From Antechinus flavipes (taxonomy: Eukaryota): DNA of 64,000 nt. Numbering within the stretch: the stretch's first letter is position 1; every line of letters starts with the position of its first letter. The stretch is taken from assembly GCF_016432865.1 (NCBI RefSeq), contig NC_067402.1, positions 219,480,001 through 219,544,000 of the forward strand. The letters run 5' to 3'. The notes beneath the pieces were generated by a model. It worked only from the letters and a program-made list of their open reading frames with translations, was not told the DNA's origin and did no database searches. Of the stretch, positions 35,915 to 46,900 are shown in pieces. Position numbers and translations under genes: made by a program.

Positions 35915-38900
35915 ATGGCCCAGCAGCACCCCGGGGAAAGGAAGTTATACAGGGCACCCCACAGTGGCTCTTCAGTTTGGACTTCAGGGCCCACTGTGGG
36001 CCCCGACAAACTTTCATTCTCAGGATTTGGGGACTCGGTGGAGGCTGCACCCAATGGTACCTATTGCCTTACAAGACATCCTTGTGACACAAATTCACCT
36101 CCCCAGAGCCCCACCCACCAATCGGATCCAAGCCAAGGCACTCCAGGGGACCCAGGACCCCCTGGGGAGGGAGAAGACCTTGATCAGACTGAAGCATCTT
36201 CAGAAGAGGAAACGGGAGTGGACAAGGAACTTTCAAGGGACAATGGGGCTGGGGACCTGGAGGACAGGGACTCTTCCATCCCACCTGTACCATCAGTCTG
36301 TAATTGTCAGGGAGCTCCCAGTGTCCCTGAGGGGCCTTTCTCTGAGGGAGGAGATGGTTCATTTAGTAACTTTTGCACCTGCTGTACCCCCCCAGCCCTG
36401 GGAGAAGATGAAGATGATGAGGAAGGGTCCTCCAGGGTTCCCAGTGACCCTTCTCCTGTGTCCAGTGGAAAAAAGCCTCCACCCAAGAGGCAGCGGCATC
36501 GTATGCCAACCAAAGAGGAGCCTAGGGAGAGTGGTCGAAGAGACCCCCGGGCTTCCGGTCGACACCGATCTGGCCGGAAACGGAGCCAGGCAGACCGGCG
36601 TCGGTATTTGGTGGTGTGGGGATCAGAGGAACTGTACCGACTGGGGCAGAAAGGGTTCTGGTGGCTAATTGAATTGTTGGTGTTGGTGGGGGAGTATGTG
36701 GAAACTGGTGGGCACCTTATCTATTCTTGTGGACAGTTGAGAGGCAGTGATCTAGATCTGCTTCGAGTATGGGTGGGAAGCTGGGTAGGGCAGTTGGGGA
36801 GCTGGGCTCAGTTGGGGTTCCTGTGTCTGTGCCGGGGACTTTGCTATGGGGCAGGGCTTTTTTCCCACCTGCTCCGTCTCCTGTGTGCTGTGCTACTATT
36901 GGTTCTGGCCTTGCTGTTGGGCTGTCTTCAGCTGAGCTGGCGAGTTTTAGTGTGTATGGGAGATCGATTGGGTTGGCGGGCTCAGGCCTCCTGGCTTATC
37001 TCCAGGCTGGATTCACCTGTTGTACACCGATGTTGGACTTACCTCAAAGAAAGCAGGACATGGCAACAGTTGGTGGGGCTGGTGCAGAGGGGTTGGCTGG
37101 AGATTCCTTGGGTCAAGCAGAGGATCAACAGGCAAGGGGATGGCCCAGCATCTAGTGGGCGATACTGCCAACCTGGAGAGGAGGTGTCTCGGCTCTTGGC
37201 CATGGCTGGGATCCCAGAAGATGAGCTAAACCCCTTCCAGGTTCTAGGGGTAGAAGCCACAGCATCAGATATAGAACTGAAGAAGGCATATAGGCAGCTG
37301 GCAGTGATGGTAAGTATTTCCCTTGTTCCCTGCCCCATTTTAGTTGTTTTCTCCTGGGTAGAGAGAATGGGATGGTTGTGTGTAATTTCATGGCAGAAAG
37401 TTGAGGGGGAGCGCAGTTTAATTCTCGGTAACTCGTCATTATTGCCCCAATTGGTGGTTTGGTTTCTTGTCTTGTTTTACTAGTTTTTAAGGAGTCATTC
37501 AGCCATATTGCCAGTGACCTGGGTGATCAAGCAAGGGAGACTTCAACACTTGGAAATTTAGTCTGTTGGTATTTCATTTTCATTGAGATGTGAAAATAAT
37601 TTGGAATAACAATGGGAAAACAGTGAGAAAAGGGGAGGTGCAAAAAGGATTGAGCTTAAAGAAGAGGAAGTTGAAGAATAGGTAAATAGGAATTTTTTAA
37701 AGGAGGTATGAAATGGAGGAAGATGATCAATATTTTGCTTGTTCCATTTGGAGGGAATGAAAAATTAGTCAAAGACATTTGAGGAGCAGGTTTAGGCATG
37801 AGTATTCTCCATTTATCTTATGAGAGAGGATTAGATGAACTAACTAGAGTTGTCACATCTTTGGGAAGTGTTTTAATATATGTGATTTTCCCAACTTTCG
37901 TCATGGAATCATTTTGGCTTTGAAACAGGAATTTGATTCTTCACCCTCTTACTTTGTAGGTTCATCCTGACAAGAACCACCACCCCAGGGCTGAGGAGGC
38001 CTTCAAAGTGTTGAGGGCTGCCTGGGATATTGTCAGTAATCCTGAGAGACGGAAAGAATATGAGATGTGAGAAATGGAAAAAAAAAAAAATTGCCATACA
38101 AGGGTGGAGTGTGTCAGAAGCAGAGAGAGGGCCCCGTGACTGAGGAGAGTAGGCTGTTCCTTGACTTCTGTTGCTGGTCAAAGAGAAGTATGGTACATCT
38201 AGGGCTGGAAGGGATCCCAGAGGCCATCTAGTTTAATCTCCTTAAAGATGGATAACTGAGATTAAAAGATGACTTACTCAAGGATTTTCTTATTTTTCTG
38301 GAAGTGCCCTGAGGCTATACCATACCTCTTTTTTACCCCAGGAAACGAATGGCAGAGAGTGAGCTGAGCAGGTCAGTGAATGAATTTCTGTCCAAGCTGC
38401 AGGATGAACTCAAAGAGGCCATGAATACTATGATGTGCAGCCGGTGTCAAGGGAAGCACAGGTGAGAAATGTGAGGGGGGGAAATGTCAGAGATGGAAGG
38501 GCAGTATAGCTTAGCGATAGGACAGTTGAGGTTTTCCCTTTAAAGCTTTTTATGGCTTTTTGTAAAGATTTGGAGTTAGTGGTTGTGAACCAAAGGAAGA
38601 AAAGTAATTTAATTACTAATTAGAAAGAAATGTGGCTCCTGGACATGTCTAATGATTGGTATCATTGTAACAAATAGTTTGTTAAAGTCAAAATATGCCT
38701 TGGCTACACTCAGGGTTAATGTGGGGGTTTTTGTGTTGGATGACAGGAGGTTTGAAATGGATCGAGAGTCTCAGAATGCTCGATACTGTGCTGAGTGCAA
38801 TAAGATGCATTCTGCTGAGGAAGGTGACTTCTGGGCAGAGTCAAGCATGTTGGGTCTCAAGATCACTTATTTTGCCATGATGGATGGAAAAGTATATGAC

Positions 38901-39818
38901 ATCACAGGTATACTTCAATCTTACTTCAGGGGTTAGAATGTGAGTAACAGAGCAGAATGTTTAATTGTCTACGTTAACATAGTATACAGTACTACAGTAG
39001 ATAACATGGAAACTAGTCTTGGGGGGGGCAGTTGGAGAGGGGTACAGTAGGTATAGAGTGTCTCTGGGCAAGTTACTTAATCCTGCTTGCCTCAGTTTCT
39101 TCATCTGTAAAATGAGCTGAAAAAGGAAATGACAAACTATTCTAGTACTCTGCCAAGAAAACTTCAGTGGATTCATGAAGAGTTGGACATGCCTAATCAT
39201 TTGACTGAACAACTGTCTTGGGAAAGGCTTGGGACATATGCTTACATAGGATGGAGCTAGGATATTGATTTGTATTGTTTTGAGTCCTGTCATTTGATCT
39301 GATTCCCTCCCATGTTTGCAGAATGGGCTGGGTGCCAGCGTGTGGGGATCTCTCCAGATACCCACAGAGTTCCCTATCACATCTCATTTGGGTCCCGGAT
39401 TCCTGGTCCTGGTGGGCGACAGAGGTGAGTAATGTTTTTTTCTTGTCTGTTGTTTCAGAGAACTGACTTGACAGAATTGTTTAATATCCTAGTGCATCAA
39501 GATGCACTGATTTAATACCTTTTCTTAATAAGTAAAATATCCATGTATTTTTAGGAGTGTTCATCTCACCACAATATTTAATTTTCCTGTAGAGCCACTC
39601 CAGATGCCCCTCCTGCTTCAGTTGCTGACCTTCAGGATTTCTTCAGTCGGATCTTTCAGGTTCCCCCAGGCCAAATGGCCAACGGAAATTTCTTTGCAGC
39701 TTCCCAACATGGCCCTGGGGCCACCCCATCATCCAGGCCAGACAGCTCCACAGCACCCAAAAGTTCAGAAGCCAAACCGAAGCGTCGGAAAAAAGTCAGG
39801 AGGCCCTTCCAGCGCTGA
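35915..39818 (+). CDS. DNAJC14: DnaJ homolog subfamily C member 14 (DRiP78/Jiv), 6 coding exons: join(35915..37309,37960..38066,38342..38461,38747..38907,39322..39424,39593..39818), 703 aa
   Basis: MAQQHPGER start; [18 protein letters not shown] transmembrane region; J domain NPFQVLGV...[10 protein letters not shown]|VHPDK; CSRC and CAEC zinc motifs; [26 protein letters not shown]; C-terminal [14 protein letters not shown]-stop. All junctions are GT-AG and in phase (total 2112 nt). Confidence 0.98.
39024..39213 (+). mobile_element. Mar1-type SINE with RTE/BovB-like 3' tail in DNAJC14 intron
   Basis: SINE head, gggcaagttacttaa...cctcagtttcttcatctgtaaaatg core, then aaggaaatgacaaactattctagtactctgccaagaaaac...gaagagttggacatg...actgaacaac RTE-type tail. 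Confidence 0.75.
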
Positions 39819-40724
39819 TGCCCTGTCTCTTCCTCTTCTCCACCCTACCCAGCCTTAGTGTCAGGGAGTCATAAGGGCTGTGTACAGCATAGGATGGAAT
39901 TTGTTTTGTTTTGTTTTTTAAAATTTTGAATATTTAAAAAGTTTCAAGCATTAACTGTTCACTCAGTGACTTGTGGGAAGCCACTGAATCCCCACTCTGG
40001 GAACTAAGAACTGAATCTTGTTTGATGACAATACCAAAGAAATAGTGGGGTGGTTGGCAGGAAGGGCCCTTGCCTAAACTATGGCTAAGATTGAGGTTGA
40101 TGAATATTTTGTCGGGGACAGAGCTCTCTGGGATTTGGAGGGCTTTTACATTGTCCCTCTTTTTGAAGGCCAGGGTGATATTCATTTTGTGTTGGACCTT
40201 TGGACCCTCTTCTCTACCATCCACATTGGGAGATAAAGCAGAGGAGGCAGTTAGCCCTCACTTTCAGGGGTGGGTAAAAAGCTCAGGACCATTCAGGGAA
40301 TGGGAATGCTGCCTCTTTTTATTCTGTGGTTCCTACCTAACCTCAGGGTTGTTTCTGCAAATATGGCTGATTTGACAATTAAAAAAGAAAAGAAAAAAGC
40401 AGACTCAAGTCCCCATGCCCTTGGGTGGATCTAGGAGGCAGAACAAGCACGTTTGTTGGTGGTTGTAGTGGGGTTCTCCCCAGCTATCCTTATGTAATCA
40501 AAGATTTTTTTTTAAAGTTCATATTTATATGTACATATCTATTTAAAGCCAGGGGATTTACCTTTCTATAAATACAACTGGCAAGCTATGCCTACCTCTT
40601 TTGTGTGCCCACTTCCCTGATCCTGTTCTCTTTGTGATGAGGCTTGCTAATCTGATACTATTTCTTTGTTGAATGGGGACAAAAATTTTTCAAAGAGCCA
40701 TGGGATATAACAATAAGAAAAGAT

Positions 40725-40730
40725 TTTATT
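40725..40730 (-). terminator. Candidate polyadenylation signal (AATAAA) of ORMDL2
   Basis: TTTATT on + about 350 nt past the ORMDL2 stop codon. Confidence 0.6.
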
Positions 40731-41077
40731 TTTAAATTTGAGATTAAGAAGAATGTAGTTTTTTCTCCCTCCTTCGCCTCCCACAAAGTACTGCTGACTA
40801 CTTTAAATTTAACATCTGAAAAATAGCTTGTTATAAAGAAATATATATAGCAATGATAAAAGGATTTGGAAAAGAAAAACTAGTACCGTACAGGAGTGTG
40901 GGCCCAGCCCCTATCCATCTTGCTTGATTTTAAGGAACCTGCCCTTACTTGTAGGGGAATTGTCCTTCCACTGCCCCCAAATTCATCTCCCTGGGGTTGA
41001 CAAAAAAGGTCAGTTGTTCCTCGGGTATTGACGGTATTTTGTCCTCTAGCCTGCACCCTAGCGGTCATTGTCAAATC

Positions 41078-42255
41078 TTAGTACTTATTGATTCCAAAGA
41101 GACGGACACCATGAAACTGGGGTAACTTAGGTAGTAGTACGCTGAGTAGTGAAGCAGTATTGATGATAAAGTGAGCAGCATCATATTTGGTGTAGAAGCT
41201 TGCCAGGAGGTAGCTAGGGAGAGAAAGAAAATGATACTTAAAAAAAAAAAAAGACTGGCTTCAGCTGCCCTGACCTCTTAATATTCCTAAAGTTGCCTCC
41301 CAAGTCGATGACTTTTTGTTCCTTCATTAAAATGACCACTCTATCTCAGCTAATCCTAACTCCTTCTAAACTGTTGTCACATGAACATTTCTCATGATTG
41401 GAGAAGTTTATAGATTGAACAAAATGTATGACCAATGGAAAATGGTCAAAGCTATAATACTGCAAATGTCCCTTTGTCTCTGATGTTAACCCCCCTTCCT
41501 TTTACATCAGTTACACCTTCATTTGTTGTACACTTTAAAGAATCTTGCATCACTGAATTTAGGGTTTGGACTTTTCTCAAATCCTCCTATCCCCATTGCC
41601 ACCACAGGGAGGCAGCAAGCCTATTTATAGCTTTCAGTATTGCACTGAATACACTCTACCCTCCCAGCATGGTTAGATCATGAGTTTATAGAAATTTTAT
41701 AGTTGGTGCCTTCTATTTAACAAGTCCTCTTGGGGGCTTGTTTGATGACAATACCAAAGTATATAGGCCACCCCCTATGCTACTTAGCTTCTCCCTCACC
41801 CTTTTGGAACTCACAGCACAATGGGAGAAATACTGAGGAACTTTCTGGAGGAGGTGAACTGGAGCCCATAGTCCATCTGCTCCCAGTGTGTAAGCAGCCG
41901 GGCCTTGCCTTGATCGGGGGTCTCAAAAGGTGTCCCCTTCACAGTGTGCAGAAAGACATACATAGCCTAGGAGGGAAGAGAAGGTAGAGGACAAACTTTT
42001 CAACTATGAATTTGAAGCAGGTAGGCAAATCCCCAAGAAGTAAAAGTCTCGAAAGAAAATGGATTTAGGTTGGAGGCTCACCAGGTTATGGATGACATTG
42101 GTCAAGGTCCAGACTACGGGGATGCTGAAGAAGGGGATGCTGAGTAGAACTACATGCAGAAGGCCTACAAGGATGATATAGGCTAGCCAGATGCCTCGGC
42201 TGTTCATCACCCTTGTGTTGGGGTTCACCTCGCTGTGAGCCACCCCCACATTCAT
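41078..42255 (-). CDS. ORMDL2: ORM1-like protein 2 (sphingolipid synthesis regulator), complement(join(41078..41213,41815..41966,42082..42255)), 153 aa
   Basis: [34 protein letters not shown]...; [28 protein letters not shown]; [18 protein letters not shown]-stop. Exons of 174/152/136 nt, GT-AG, in phase. Head-to-head with SARNP. Confidence 0.98.
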
Positions 42256-42279
42256 CCTGTCACAATAGTGAGTGAGGGA

Positions 42280-43960
42280 ACTAGTTTCTCTTTGGTCGGC
42301 CTCCTTCAGTTACCGGTTTGGTGACTGCAATGAGCCTTGAACTTAGGGGAAGGAGGTGGAAAAGCCGCCTCTCTGGGACACCGAAACCTGAAAGATACAA
42401 AACATTTCCTGGGATGAGAGGAATTAGCCCGAAGGGAATGACTTTGCCCAAGGAAAGCAGGCCCAGAGGGTCCGGCAGGGGAGGGGGCGGCATGAAGACG
42501 AAGCGAAAGGGGTTGGGTCCACTCCTGTTCTAGGCGCAGCCCATTCTCCAGTACTCCGGGTTGGACCAGAGAATCGGACGAGGCTCGTCCGAGGGGAGGT
42601 GCAGCAGGAGTACTCGAGAACAAGCCTTCTATCCTCCTTCGTCCGGGGCTGCCATGGACGACAACCTCAGCGTGGCTACCTGCCGTTCGCTTCAGTATTT
42701 CCGCAAATCTTTAGAAGTTACGGGCATGTTTTGGGCCGTCAGTCAGCGGGGGCAGCCGGCGCTCCGGGGACGCTCCCCGGAAGGGGCATTTAGACTTCTT
42801 CCCTCAGGGCAGCCGGCAGCCCACGCCCGATCCCAGTAGCGTCCCGAGTTCCAGAAATCCTCCGGCGGTAGCCCGAGGTCCCATCCCTACCCCTCAGAGT
42901 TCTCCCTCATGATCGTCCTCCTCCCCCTCGGACCTGTTCCCTCACTCGCAACTCTCCTCACCTGGAGCTCCAAGGGCGACTCCCGCCAGCTTCAAGTTGG
43001 GCTACTTTTCCTTCACCTGTTTTCTGGAAGCAGCCGGGCCCTCGAACTGTTCCCCCATTGGTCCTCTAGACCCGGCGCTGCCGTGGTTCATTGGCCACCT
43101 GTTTTAGTGTTCAGCGTTACGATTAGCCAGCGTTCCCGTCACTCTGAATGGAGTGAATCAATTCTTCTCCAATCCCCTTAGCAGGCAAACCCTCGCGCAG
43201 GGGGAGGAGCCATGCTGGCTATTGACGAATGAATAAAGCTGATGGTGTAGAGTGGGAGTATAAACAACGACTATTGGGTGGTGGTGATCCTCTGAGTCTC
43301 GGCGGGAGCTCCGGAAGGCGGAGGCAGGAGGAGGGGGCCAAACTGGGGGCGGAGGGGGTGACAAGATGGCGGCGGAGACGGTGGAGCTTCACAAGCTGAA
43401 GGTACCGTGAGGGGCAGAGGCCCCGGGCATGGCTGGGGGCCGAGCTCTACGAGGTGACCGGTGCCTCCCTCTCCTCATTTCTTCTTCCAGGGCTTCCCTC
43501 GCTGTTGTCCTGCTCCTTTTCCTTGTTAGACTGCTCCTCTCTGGGGCCTTCCTCCTCCCCCCTCATGCTGGTCTCTCTCTCGTTCATTCCCCCTGCCATC
43601 TTTCCTCTCCGTTCGGGGTGCCCCTCACCTTATGTTTCCTCCCTGTTTTCTGCCGCCCTAGCTTTCTCCTGCTCTTTCTCAAGAGTGTATGATTCCCTCG
43701 CCTTCCGGGGACACGGGAGAAGATAGCACGTCAGTACCCTCCTTGCTTCTTGTTTCCTACGTCTCTGTCCCCGACCTCCTCTGCATTTTCCAACCCCCCT
43801 TTCCCCTCAGTCTTTCTCTTTGCCGAGTCCTGGAATCCTCAGCAAACTTGGGTTAGTGGCATCTACGTATGTTTGTGTGTCTGGGCGGTTTGCAAGGACG
43901 ACTCAAGGATGCCTCCAACGACTTAGGCGATGTTATGGTACCCGAGTCCACCCTAGAACC
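42280..43960. promoter_or_regulatory. CpG island / bidirectional promoter of ORMDL2 (-) and SARNP (+); CCAAT boxes at 43090-43094 (-) and 43169-43173 (+), CCGGAAG at 43311-43317, YY1 motif AAGATGGCGGC overlapping the SARNP ATG
   Basis: CpG-rich; motifs read directly. Candidate ORMDL2 non-coding exon donors at 43017 and 42962 lie about 350-400 nt from the SARNP ATG. Confidence 0.85.
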
Positions 43961-46900
43961 TGGAAGAGCCTTGGCTTAAGGGACCCCCAGCATCCCTTCG
44001 TCTCACCTTAGGGACTTGATGGTCTTGGATGAAGCTACACACCTTCAGTGTCTTAAGAAAGCACTGGCACCTCTCCAGAGTACAAAAAGGTTTTCTTCCA
44101 AAAGAAATTTTTCTTCTTGTTTTGTTTTGGTTTGGTTTTTTTGCAAGTGTTATCCTCTGGGTAGTATGGACTGCTTGACTCAGAGTTAATATTTTTCTTG
44201 GAAGAAAGAAGTAAACCTCTTTTAGGTAAAAGAGGTATTGGTTGCTTTTAGGTATTCGTTTAGCATTTGGCAAACAATTCCCCTGTTAGATAGTGGTCAA
44301 TCACTTTACTTTGGGAAACTTGAAATTGCCAACCAGGCTGCTTAATTTAAGCTAAAATACTGAGTTTATTTTATAATATTTTAAGTGCTCTACAAGATTT
44401 GTAAAATCTACATCACCTGGCTCATTGATGCTGACAGTCTAAACATATCTTATTGGGGAAAAAAAATGTCTATTTTCCTAGATATACTCTGAAATAGCTT
44501 TACATTTCCATACCATATCATTTTACTTCCCCTTCACCTTTGGACTGATTTCAGGCATTGATGTCTACTTTAAAAGCCAGGGATAAGGAGCAGGAGAGGA
44601 GCTTGTCTCTGTGCCATAGGAATTCTTAACTTTGACTGTCATTAACACCATTAGCAGTTTGGTGGAAGCCTGTAATTCAATTTTTAAAGTAATGTATTCA
44701 AATGCATAAGATGTAACCAATTATATTGAAAAACAGCTATCTTGAAAAACTTGTAAAAACAAGTTCACAGACCAGATTAACATCTAGAAACAGCTGAGTC
44801 TAATTTTTGAAATATTCTCTCAACTCTCAAAACATCTGAAGGAGTTTGACTTCATTACTTATCTTGAGATAGTCCTGCTTTTATTTGCTATTTAGGAGGG
44901 CTTCTTAATCAAGGGGAGGGGTATGTGGGTAGATTTCAAAAGGCCCATTTGGTTGGGGGGGGGGGGAATGTCATCTTTTCACTAATCTTTCACTGAAAGT
45001 TAGCATTTCCTTCCTCATATAAAACATTTTGAGGAGTTCATAAGCTTTACTAGACTGCTGAGGTGTTTGTAACAGGAAAAAAAAAAGGTTAAGAAGTCCT
45101 GGTTTGGAGCTCAACATTTTAATTTTTCTATCTTTATTATAAACTTTTGAATTTATGTGTGTCAATATAGTTTTCTTTAGGGATAAGATGTTGAGATTGG
45201 GTAGGAAAAGCGACTAGGAAATGGAGTTTTAGGCGATAATTGAAAAAGAATGATCTAAACACCCTTTTATTTCATTTTCATTTTTAAAAAAGATATTGTT
45301 TCAATGGGCATGCAGATTTCATATTAATATTCAAATTTCCTCTTTGGTCTGTAAGACACACACTCTCCCTGGGCCTCAGTTTCTTCCTCTATAAAATGAG
45401 GGAGCTAGATGGCTTCTGAGAGTGCTTCTGGTTCTAGAGCTGTGGTCTCTTGAGTACTATTATCTTGTGCAATGATTGTTTATTTTGCCTCCATCCCTAT
45501 TGACTCTAAACTTATGAAAAAATGTAGAGAAATGCAACCTCCACAGATAAACTGACAAAAGAGAAAGTTGAGTAGTAGAGAGAAATGATTATTGAACAGG
45601 GATGGGGACTGAATCTGTGATTTCATTGTCATAGTGGTTTTCCATTAATTCTAGCAGCTTCTTGGCTTGTCTTTCATAACGTCTTGACTACAGTCCCAGC
45701 TCCTGGATGAGGAAACTCCCTCTTCTAATGCAGGTTGGCATCTCCTCTGCAACTTAGAATTGCTTAGAATACTAGGAAGTTAAGTGACTTGTCTAGAGTC
45801 ACATAGCCATTGTTTCAGAGACAGGACTTGACCTCAGGTTTTTCTGGGATGAGCTTGTGTGAGGTGCCACACAAATCACTATAGGAAGGTAAAGCCAAAT
45901 TATATCATGGGAATTCATTTAAACAGCCCAATGTTTAGACTAGCATTGACTCTGGAGTCAGACTTGGGTTCTTAGCCTACCTTTGATGCTTTTAACCTGT
46001 GTCCTTTTAGGCATGAATCACTTAATCTCTCTGGGCTTCAGTTTCCTCACCTGTAAAATGAGAAGGTTTTACTTAGATCGTTCTGAAGTTATCTTTGGCA
46101 TTTAAATTCCTTATTTGGTTTCTGCCCTTTTTAAGAGATTTATATTTTAAGAGCTACTTTTGACAATTACTTAAACAATTATGGAGTGCTCGTTATATAG
46201 GAACACTGTAGATGTTATGGGGAAAAAAAAGAATTTATAAGTCAAGGTAAAGTACATGTCTTTGAAATGTAATATAGTTGATGGAAACAAATGTTCACAT
46301 ATGAACTTATTTGAAAAGAATTTTTTCCTTTTCAGGATGCTACATTTTAAAAGGATATGGACAATTGTTAGCTTATGTCTATATAATACTTCCTGGTTTA
46401 TGTCCTCAACATTATAGTGAGATAGTTAGTGTTAACTATTATTATTTCCATTTTATTGATGAAGAAACTGAAGTGCGTGTTACTGGATTTGGTTGTGGTT
46501 ATACAACTAGTAAATGTCAGATCCAGTATATGAATTTTGTTCTGACTTCATGTCAAATGTTCTTTCTTCTTATTCCATATCACCTCTCAAATTAGAATAT
46601 GTCTGTAGTTAGATTAGCTGAATTGGTAAAAGGTCTGGAATCCTTGTCATGTAAGGATTGCTTGAAGGAACTAGGTATATTTAACCCAGAGAAGGGAAAA
46701 AACTTGGATATGCGATAACTATTGTCAGTTGTTTTTTTTTTTTTTTTAATTTTGAAAGTTTTTTTTTCTTTTTTGTATATTATATCATAATCATTACCTC
46801 AGGTCTCTTTATTATCTCTCCATTCCACTCACCAGTCAATCCCTATAACAAAAAACAGAAGCAAGTAATAAGTTTCAATATATATTGTATTCCACATCAA

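Noticed and set aside
37310-37483. C-terminal extension of the 522-aa DNAJC14 ORF (VSISLVPC...)
   Set aside because: Read-through into the intron past the ATG|GTAAGT donor; the HPD motif continues in the next exon.
41700-41814. Mirtron or pre-miRNA around the 23-bp repeat
   Set aside because: Only 5-6 bp local stems are visible and the 23-mer folds on itself; no 60-70 nt hairpin, and the intron is 601 nt.
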